The notes under the pieces are model-generated. The model worked only from the letters and a program-made list of their open reading frames with translations, was not told the origin of the DNA and made no database searches. Of a stretch of DNA of 21,934 bases, positions 1 through 6,949 are shown piece after piece. Source of the DNA: Candidatus Micrarchaeia archaeon (GTDB lineage Archaea; Micrarchaeota; Micrarchaeia; Micrarchaeales; CABMGC01); the NCBI GenBank assembly GCA_049964835.1, contig JBMFWW010000009.1, positions 1 to 21,934 on the forward strand, in the 5' to 3' direction. Both the position numbers and the translations under genes were made by a program. Position 1 is the first letter of the stretch, and each line of letters opens with the position of its first letter.

Positions 1-125
1 AGATTGGAAGAATTCTCGGCTATAAGAAAACTTTGCGCGAATCAACATTTTCAAAGGTTAGAGAAAGGTCAGAACCGATGATGTTTCAAGATTTGATAAA
101 TTGGATTGTTGAAGATAGATTCAAA
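1..125 (+). mobile_element. Fragment of an IS4/IS5-superfamily-like transposase N-terminal region (open at window start, truncated at about 125)
   Basis: Frame from nt 3 reads IGRILGYKKTLRESTFSKVRERSEPMMFQDLINWIVEDRFK. This resembles the LG-x(5-6)-ST-(F/L)-S-(K/R)-x-R-x-R signature of IS4/IS5/IS1182 transposase N-terminal domains. No DDE core or terminal inverted repeat is present, and the similarity was recognised by eye only. Confidence 0.45.
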
Positions 126-239
126 CAGTTAGATTTAGCAAACGAATGTAATTACAATGCAGGGTGTGAAGATAGTTGCAGAAGCAGCGAAAACTGCAGA
201 TGTGGTAAAGACACGGAACAGTCTTGTGGATGTGGCAAC
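123..239 (+). repeat. Diverged partial copy of the Cys-rich region of the 673..963 gene (matches 811..915)
   Basis: KQLDLANECNYNAGCEDSCRSSENCRCGKDTEQSCGCGN aligns with KQLDLANGCECNGGC----GCGGGCGCSKGMEQSCGCGN. Manual alignment gives 29 mismatches over 105 nt plus a 12-nt indel. Confidence 0.9.
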
Positions 240-567
240 TTGGTGCTCTTCGTGTGCGGATAGTGCAAACCTGTTAGCAAATGGGTACTACAACAAAATA
301 CATGCTAAAGGCGCAGAAATTCTAACAATAGAATTATATAATGATTTGGGCTATTCTGGTCCATCAATTTCGGATTTTGCAAAGAGTTATGGCGCTGGCA
401 CCAATAATTATGGTTGGCTTTATGGAACCTCTAACCTAAACGCAACATATTCTTATGATCCAAAAGGTTACCTAGAGATTTATTACATAATAAGTCCAAA
501 CGGAACGATAACAGCATCAGGATCTCCACTTTCCACTAATCTAAAAAATATAGTTGAAAGCATATGA
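232..567 (+). pseudogene. N-terminally truncated thioredoxin-fold (TlpA/ResA-like) redoxin
   Basis: VATWCSSC (WCxxC) is followed by a helix, the GAEILTIEL strand and a C-terminal YYIISPNGTI hairpin typical of TlpA-like proteins. In ORF 157..567, the codons before 232 are an out-of-frame reading of the Cys-rich copy, so the native N-terminus is missing. Confidence 0.65.
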
Positions 568-672
568 AAATAGCAAATTAATGATTTCAACTTCCAATAA
601 TTGAACATAAAATATACTTGCCTTAATGATAAACATAAATATATGCACTGTGTAAATATTAATGATGATAAT

Positions 673-963
673 ATGGAAGATAAAAAGGAAGAATTTCATG
701 CAAAAAATATGGAAATGTGGAAAAAGAGAGAGGAACTTCTCAAGGCTATGAATGAACAAGAGCTTCGCGCATTCATTAAAGGATATATGATGGGCCAAAG
801 ATCTATATCCAAACAACTAGATTTAGCAAATGGATGTGAGTGTAATGGCGGCTGTGGATGTGGTGGAGGTTGTGGATGTAGTAAAGGCATGGAACAGTCA
901 TGTGGATGCGGTAATGAAAACTGTGGTTCCGAAGGTAAAGAATGTAACTGCAGAAATGAATAA
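673..963 (+). CDS. Small protein with charged helical N-terminus and Cys/Gly-rich tail (metallothionein-like), 96 aa
   Basis: ATG at 673 is preceded by TGATAAT and by a TATA-like TAAATATA at about 636-643. The C-terminal 43 aa contain 11 Cys, 10 of them in five CxC motifs. Function is inferred from composition. Confidence 0.7.
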   Translation: MEDKKEEFHAKNMEMWKKREELLKAMNEQELRAFIKGYMMGQRSISKQLDLANGCECNGGCGCGGGCGCSKGMEQSCGCGNENCGSEGKECNCRNE

Positions 964-984
964 AAACAACAAAATAGTATAGAA

Positions 985-1002
985 TACACTATGAATAGTG
1001 TA
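985..1002. promoter_or_regulatory. Perfect 8-2-8 palindrome TACACTAT-GA-ATAGTGTA (possible operator)
   Basis: Inverted repeat seen directly in intergenic DNA; function unknown. Confidence 0.35.
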
Positions 1003-1016
1003 GGATGCTATGTTAA

Positions 1017-1061
1017 TTTCTTTTTTTGATATATGCCTGCCACTATGGCAGGTATAAAAAA
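1017..1061 (+). terminator. T-tract plus GC-rich hairpin (TATGCCTGCCA-CTA-TGGCAGGTATA), candidate terminator of the Cys-rich gene
   Basis: Oligo-T at 1017-1027, then an 11-bp stem at 1032-1056 with one G-T pair, then an A-run. Confidence 0.45.
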
Positions 1062-1149
1062 GTTATTTAGATTATTTATTTTATCCAATGAAACCTAAGT
1101 ATATGATAGTCTTAATAAAGATTAGCTGTCATAATATCGATATGATTTT

Positions 1150-1857
1150 ATGGCTAAAAAAGGTAAAACAAATAATGAGGATAATGCCAATTTAGTTGAG
1201 AATAACAATAAGATGAAGATGAGTAGTAATAATCCTAATGATACGGATAACCCTAATAATAAAATAAAACACAATAGAACAGTATTGTATATAGTACTTG
1301 GTTTTGCGGTTATAGTTGCTGTATTATATATGATTTCATCATTTATAAATGGGTCAACACAGAATTTTATAGGAACTACTGCTGGAACACCGGCATATTT
1401 GGGTTATAATCAAAGTACTGCATTAATAGGTAAACTCTCAGATTACGCAACTTATGACATATTCAATAATAATTCTCCTTTGAATATAACAGTTATAGAA
1501 GAGATAACACCTTTTGCCGCAGGAAATGTTACTGAAGGTTGGTTTACGGGCGGCGCAGCGAATAATAAAAATGTATCTTTAGAGTTTTTTGTTATGAAAA
1601 CATATAATATCTCTAGACTTTACCAAAATATAAGTAATGGAATAAAGGGCTCATTTAGCTATCTGCCTAAAATTGAAAATAGTAAGTATAAAGGAATGAA
1701 TTATTCATATTTGCAATATTTAAATAGTACTTTTAATGTTCAATTTTTAGTATCAGAAAAAAATGATTATTTAGGTATAATGATAATTGATTCAAATAGC
1801 TCTTTTCAGACTAGCCCAAGTAGTATGATAAATTCATCGTTTGAAACGCTCCCTTGA
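1150..1857 (+). CDS. Hypothetical single-pass membrane-anchored surface protein, 235 aa
   Basis: Asn/Lys-rich low-complexity N-terminus, one hydrophobic helix (VLYIVLGFAVIVAVLYMISSFI), then an extracellular domain with about 12 N-x-S/T sequons. TGATTTT lies directly before the ATG. Confidence 0.8.
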   Translation: MAKKGKTNNEDNANLVENNNKMKMSSNNPNDTDNPNNKIKHNRTVLYIVLGFAVIVAVLYMISSFINGSTQNFIGTTAGTPAYLGYNQSTALIGKLSDYATYDIFNNNSPLNITVIEEITPFAAGNVTEGWFTGGAANNKNVSLEFFVMKTYNISRLYQNISNGIKGSFSYLPKIENSKYKGMNYSYLQYLNSTFNVQFLVSEKNDYLGIMIIDSNSSFQTSPSSMINSSFETLP

Positions 1858-1861
1858 ATAT

Positions 1862-1900
1862 AATTTTTATTTTTCTTATTCTTTTTTTCTATTTACTTTT
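1862..1900 (+). terminator. T-rich archaeal terminator region after the 1150..1857 gene
   Basis: Several oligo-T runs immediately after the stop codon. Confidence 0.5.
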
Positions 1901-2065
1901 AATTAATTAAGGTTTTATAATGGCTTTACTATAATTGCTATTTGCAGATATGAAGAGGATATTGCATAAATTTTTTAATTAAAGTAAAATAATAGTTACC
2001 TATTATTTTGCTCTATATTTAATCTTTAGATTAATAGAAATTTCGATTATTAGAAGAAGATTATT

Positions 2066-2123
2066 AAAAAGAATAAGTAGTAAAAAATAAATAATAAGTA
2101 GAATAATTCAGTAATTATTCTAC
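2066..2123 (-). terminator. Hairpin plus T-tract terminator of secY
   Basis: Perfect 11-bp inverted repeat GTAGAATAATT-CAGT-AATTATTCTAC (2098-2123) abuts the secY stop and is followed on the minus strand by T-rich sequence. Confidence 0.6.
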
Positions 2124-3593
2124 CTAAGAAAGTAGTCTATCTAATGCCGGATAGCTCTCTATCATATTCTCGCTCTTGAGCTGTTGGTATATTCCGTACA
2201 TTATGCCTGCAGTAAGGAGTATTCCCATTCCGTTACCCATTGCGCCGGTAAGACTTGCGAATGCTGCAAGAAGACCTACAGCTATACTTCCTAGTACAGT
2301 TATTGTGGGCAGATACTTTTGAAGTATACTCTCTATCATTCTCGGATCACGCCTAAACCCAGGTATTTGCCAACCGACTTCCTGAAGTTGACCAGCTACA
2401 TGTTTAGGACTTTGGCCCGTCATTTCTACCCAGAATTTACCAAAAATAACACACAACACTACAAGTATAAGCATGTATATTAAAAAGTGTACCCATTCTG
2501 GAATTAATAACGGTGCTCCGCCCCATGGAGGATATAAGGGGGAAGTTTGTGTTGCAAGTATGTAAAAGTAGTTGCCATATCCTCCTACACCATCATATTT
2601 GGTAGAATAGGGCAGAAAACTTAGTGGTTGCATAAGATATACAAGACCACCGCTTAATGTCTCGCCACTTGCTCCGGCAGTTGAAGATTGATTAGTATAA
2701 TATGCAAAGAAGTGTATAAGGCTAACACCCGAACCGGCATAAGTTGCGGTTATGCGCAGCCAAACGCCTAGACTTACCGTAAGCGAAGTTGCTAGTATTA
2801 CTGGTAATACACTAACATACAAAAATGGAAGAGGCAAACGACCTCCAACGCCACGGAACTGACTAAACACAAGAGGCAACTCTATCTTCATATCAAGTAC
2901 GTATATACTTATTAAAAATATTATTATTGCAAAGAACAATGGTCCAAAGGCAAGTATAGCTTGCGGTATTGCAGTAGCACCGCCACTTATTATGGCAGTT
3001 TGCGCTTCAGGTATTAGTATCGAAAAGGTACCCCCAACTATTGCATATGCTACTCCGCCAGCTATGAATAAGTTTATTCCCGAGGTAATACCATACTTGA
3101 CCATTATTTCATCTAAATATATGATTATTATAGCACTTAATGCCAACTGCGCTACTACTATCCAGAAAAATGATGGACTTGTAAGGGATATTGTTGTTGA
3201 AGTAAAGATTGTAGCTTCAATTATCGCTATAACCATAGCAGCTAATTTTTGTATGGCTTGAAATCTGCTTTTTTGATCAGGATTGTTAAGATCTATGTTT
3301 AAAGCTCCTGTTCCTTGAAGCATTTGAAGAATTATGCTTGAGAGCACTATAGGACCTATACCTACAGTAACTAATGTGCCTATTCTAGCAGCAAAGATTA
3401 TGTTTATTACCTGAAATATTGAGCTATTAAGACTTGATGAGTTAACACCGAATGCAGGTATGCTAAACATTGTAAAGTATATACCGATAATAACGGCTGT
3501 CCACTTTAGCTTATCTTTGAAGGATAATGGATATGAAGGCTTTTTTATTGAAGGTATAAGTTTAAGCAAACCGTCTAAAGACTCTATCTTCAT
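2124..3593 (-). CDS. secY: Preprotein translocase subunit SecY (archaeal Sec61-alpha type)
   Basis: Ten hydrophobic segments and the motifs KLKWT, GIGPIV, LDE-x3-KYG-x2-SG-x2-LFI, IPGFRRD and GxGxGILL. A GGTG SD-like sequence lies upstream. Confidence 0.97.
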   Translation of the reverse strand: MKIESLDGLLKLIPSIKKPSYPLSFKDKLKWTAVIIGIYFTMFSIPAFGVNSSSLNSSIFQVINIIFAARIGTLVTVGIGPIVLSSIILQMLQGTGALNIDLNNPDQKSRFQAIQKLAAMVIAIIEATIFTSTTISLTSPSFFWIVVAQLALSAIIIIYLDEIMVKYGITSGINLFIAGGVAYAIVGGTFSILIPEAQTAIISGGATAIPQAILAFGPLFFAIIIFLISIYVLDMKIELPLVFSQFRGVGGRLPLPFLYVSVLPVILATSLTVSLGVWLRITATYAGSGVSLIHFFAYYTNQSSTAGASGETLSGGLVYLMQPLSFLPYSTKYDGVGGYGNYFYILATQTSPLYPPWGGAPLLIPEWVHFLIYMLILVVLCVIFGKFWVEMTGQSPKHVAGQLQEVGWQIPGFRRDPRMIESILQKYLPTITVLGSIAVGLLAAFASLTGAMGNGMGILLTAGIMYGIYQQLKSENMIESYPALDRLLS

Positions 3594-3613
3594 CTATGCA
3601 CCATAAACTCTTT

Positions 3614-4663
3614 TTAAATATTTAATTTTAGTATATACGAGCTATCCTTATTAATATCTATGCTTGCGCCTATTTCCTTTTTAGAAAGGCCTTTGGCAAG
3701 ACCTAAAAATATATTTGAGGTTAATAGAATATACTGCCTTAGTGAATCATCGTTGTTATACTTTATAAATATGCTTTTTTTATTCTTTACTTTTTTGACA
3801 ATCTTTATTGAATTAACTCCTAGGTATTTACCGATAACATCAAAACCATTAGATATATTTATCCCGTTTGTTTTTGATAATTCTAAACCAGAAATATACA
3901 AAAGCTTAGATAATTCGTCTACTATCTTTGAAGAACGTAATAGTGACATTATCGAAAGTAGTTGATATGTGTTATTGGTCATCTGAGACTTATTTTTTAG
4001 TATTTCTTCAGATATTAATAAATGCGGATTTTTAACAGTTTTTGGATTTGTTTTTTCTGTTAAATCGTAATTGTATATAGAAAAGATGCACTCTTCTGCA
4101 CCTTCATAAACACAAGAATCTTCTACAACATTTATGTTTTTACCTATATGACCGGAAAGATAACCAGCAATGCTTCCAGCTTCATAATAATGCAGTTTTA
4201 AGTTATAATTTTTAACTTTTTGAGAGTGAGATTTGCAGCGTATTACATTTTTATCTCCGTGTGGATAATATAAAACGGATTTGAAGCCACTTGCTTCTAA
4301 GAATTTTAACAACATATTGATATTATTATAATTATAAAAAATAGACTTGCCATTCGAGTAGCCGAATTTGTATGAAAGTTTTTGTAGAGAAGAGGTAATA
4401 TTTAATATTATTGTGGAAAGATTTGTGCTAGTTATTTCAGTCGGGCTTTGTTCAGATATTACTTTTGATATTAAATACTCTTCAAGGTCATTGTAATTAA
4501 TTTCATTTATTTTTTTGGTATTTGTGTTCTGTAATTTTTTGGTTGCGTTTCTTAGGATTATGGCCTTTTTCTTTACTGTCTTATTTATTTTTTTATCTGT
4601 TTTCTTATTCTTTAATCTTCTTATGCTTTCTTTCTTATTTTTCTTGTTTTTTATTTTTACCAA
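3614..4663 (-). CDS. V4R (4-vinyl reductase)-domain protein with Lys-rich N-terminal tail
   Basis: HYYEAGSIAGYLS...VVEDSCVYEGAEECIF matches the V4R signature (G-x-I-A-G...E-x2-C-x3-G-x3-C-x-F). TTG start is preceded by GTGAT, 11 nt downstream of the ppa stop. Confidence 0.8.
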   Translation of the reverse strand: MVKIKNKKNKKESIRRLKNKKTDKKINKTVKKKAIILRNATKKLQNTNTKKINEINYNDLEEYLISKVISEQSPTEITSTNLSTIILNITSSLQKLSYKFGYSNGKSIFYNYNNINMLLKFLEASGFKSVLYYPHGDKNVIRCKSHSQKVKNYNLKLHYYEAGSIAGYLSGHIGKNINVVEDSCVYEGAEECIFSIYNYDLTEKTNPKTVKNPHLLISEEILKNKSQMTNNTYQLLSIMSLLRSSKIVDELSKLLYISGLELSKTNGINISNGFDVIGKYLGVNSIKIVKKVKNKKSIFIKYNNDDSLRQYILLTSNIFLGLAKGLSKKEIGASIDINKDSSYILKLNI

Positions 4664-4674
4664 CAGATCACAGA

Positions 4675-5190
4675 TTAATCTTTTGCATCCGCAATTGCCT
4701 TGTTAATATATTCGTGAGCTTTTGATGCGTCTTCCCAGCCGCTTACTTCGGCCCACTTTCCAGGTTCTAAACTTTTGTAGTATTTGAAAAAGTGCGATAT
4801 CATATTCTTTGTATGCTCACTTAATTCAGATATGTTACTTATTGTTTTGAAATCAGGATCAACCTTTTCTACTGGAACTGCCATTATCTTTGTATCTATT
4901 CCTTCTTCATCTTTCATAAGTAATAAACCGATAGGTTTTACAACGACAAATGTGCCTGGAGCAAATGATGAATTGCTTATGACCATTATATCTAAAGGGT
5001 CTCCATCTTCTCCCTTTGTTCCTGCAATAAAACCGTAGTTATATGGATAAAACATTGCAGTATGTAATATTCTGTCTACCTTTATTAACCCGGATTCCTC
5101 ATCGACTTCGTATTTAATATTGCTACCTTTTGGAATTTCAATAAATGCATTTACCTTTTTAGGTGCGTCTTTTCCACATGTCAATTTCAT
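4675..5190 (-). CDS. ppa: Family I soluble inorganic pyrophosphatase
   Basis: Motifs EIPKGS-x2-[25 protein letters not shown] and HFFKYYK. Confidence 0.97.
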   Translation of the reverse strand: MKLTCGKDAPKKVNAFIEIPKGSNIKYEVDEESGLIKVDRILHTAMFYPYNYGFIAGTKGEDGDPLDIMVISNSSFAPGTFVVVKPIGLLLMKDEEGIDTKIMAVPVEKVDPDFKTISNISELSEHTKNMISHFFKYYKSLEPGKWAEVSGWEDASKAHEYINKAIADAKD

Positions 5191-5326
5191 AATACCACTT
5201 TATTATAATGATATATTTGCGTGTAAACGTTTTTATTATGTTATGCCTTAAACACTACTTAAAAAGTATATTTTCTTACAGAAAAAAAGAGTATAGAGAT
5301 AAATATTTATTTAGTAGAAAACAAGT

Positions 5327-6949
5327 ATGCCAACAAAGTATATTGTAGTTTTAGGATCTTTAATGAGTGGTTTAGGCAAGGGCGTAGTGACTGCTTCTAT
5401 ACTTAAAGTTTTAGATTTTTACAATTATAACGCACTGCCCATAAAATTTGATGGCTATTTAAATTATGATTGCGGAACTATGAATCCGTATAGACATGGA
5501 GAGGTTTTTGTCCTTGATGATAAAGGAGAAGTAGATATGGATTTTGGTATTTATGAAAGATTTATTAACAAAAGTATGACAAAGGATTCTTCAATAACTG
5601 GCGGAAAACTTTTTGGCTCTATTATAAATAAGGAAAGAAAAGGGGAGTTTCTTGGTGTAGATGTGCAAATAATACCACATCTTACAAATGAAGCCATTGG
5701 ATTTATAAAAAATGTTTCAGAAAATAAAAAACCAGATGTTGTAATAATTGAGGTTGGGGGAACAGTAGGAGATATAGAAAACAGCTACTTTATAGAAGCG
5801 GTAAGACAGCTAGCTCTTGAGGAAAAAGTAGTATTCATAAATTTAACTTATGCTCCGAAGATGGAGGTAGTTGGAGAACAAAAAACCAAACCTGCACAGC
5901 TAGGTTTTAGAATGCTTCTTCAGTCTGGTATAAGACCGAACTATGTTATATGCAGAAGCAAAGACCAGCTTAAAGAGGAAACAATTAAAAAACTAGCTTT
6001 GTTCTCTAATATAAATGAAAAAAATGTTTTTGATGATTCAGACCTTGAAAGTATGTATATGTTACCTTTGCATTTTATGGATCAAAATTTAGATACATAT
6101 TTAATAAAAGAACTAGAACTTGAAGAGCGTAATATTGATACTAAAAAGCTTAATGCTTGGAAAGAAAAGATAGGTATAATTAAAAATGCTAAGAATAAGG
6201 TCGTTATAGGAGTAATAGGCAAATATACTGGATTGAAGGATGCTTATGCTAGTATTAGGGAGGCTTTCGTCCATGCAGGAGTTTATAACAACACAAATGT
6301 TGAGATAAAATGGATAGAATCAACAGATATAGAAAAAATTGGGACCTCTACCCTTGAAAATCTAGATGGATTATTGGTTCCTGGAGGATTTGGCAAGAGA
6401 GGCATTGAAGGAATGATAACTGCCATAAAATATGCAAGAGAAAATAAGATACCTTATTTAGGTATATGTTTAGGTATGCAGTTAATGGTAGTAGAATATG
6501 CACGAAATGTTTGCAAGCTTGAAGATGCAAATTCATTAGAGTTCGATGAAAAAACTAAAAATCCTGTAATAAGTCTTATGGAATCACAGAAAAACATATA
6601 TAACTTAGGAGGAACAATGCGTTTAGGTGCCTGGAACTGCTTGATAAAAGATAAAAATAGCGTAGCATATCAAGCTTATAAAAAGGAGATTGTAAGTGAA
6701 AGACACAGACATAGATACGAATTTAACAATGAGTATAAGAATAAATTAGAGGAGTGTGGATTAAAAATAACTGGTACAACAGAGGATGGTGTTTTAGTAG
6801 AGTTTGTTGAATGGGATAAACAGTTTGGAATAGCGACGCAGGCGCATCCGGAATTAAAGTCAAGATTTGAAGAACCCGCTCCTTTGTTTGTGGCATTAGT
6901 TAAAGCTTCTTTGGACTTTTCAACATCTAACAAAAATATTAGCGTATGA
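5327..6949 (+). CDS. pyrG: CTP synthase
   Basis: Motifs SGLGKG, GTMNPYRHGEVFV, GGTVGDIE and KTKP; glutaminase domain with PGGFG, GICLGMQ, RHRHRYE and QAHPE. Confidence 0.98.
   Translation: MPTKYIVVLGSLMSGLGKGVVTASILKVLDFYNYNALPIKFDGYLNYDCGTMNPYRHGEVFVLDDKGEVDMDFGIYERFINKSMTKDSSITGGKLFGSIINKERKGEFLGVDVQIIPHLTNEAIGFIKNVSENKKPDVVIIEVGGTVGDIENSYFIEAVRQLALEEKVVFINLTYAPKMEVVGEQKTKPAQLGFRMLLQSGIRPNYVICRSKDQLKEETIKKLALFSNINEKNVFDDSDLESMYMLPLHFMDQNLDTYLIKELELEERNIDTKKLNAWKEKIGIIKNAKNKVVIGVIGKYTGLKDAYASIREAFVHAGVYNNTNVEIKWIESTDIEKIGTSTLENLDGLLVPGGFGKRGIEGMITAIKYARENKIPYLGICLGMQLMVVEYARNVCKLEDANSLEFDEKTKNPVISLMESQKNIYNLGGTMRLGAWNCLIKDKNSVAYQAYKKEIVSERHRHRYEFNNEYKNKLEECGLKITGTTEDGVLVEFVEWDKQFGIATQAHPELKSRFEEPAPLFVALVKASLDFSTSNKNISV

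Noticed and set aside
33..567. ORFs 33..263 and 157..567 as intact genes
   Set aside because: Each is better explained as a read-through across junctions of unrelated fragments.
644..650. Eukaryote-like metal response element (TGCRCNC) upstream of the metallothionein-like gene
   Set aside because: The sequence TGCACTG does not match the consensus, and the MTF-1 system is not archaeal.
601..672. TTG start at 601 for the Cys-rich gene
   Set aside because: The extension runs through the putative TATA region, and ATG 673 has the local TGAT-NNN start context.
123..915. Template/variable repeat pair of a diversity-generating retroelement
   Set aside because: Only 12 of 29 mismatches fall on adenines of the putative template, many are C/T, there is a 12-nt indel, and no reverse transcriptase is in the window.
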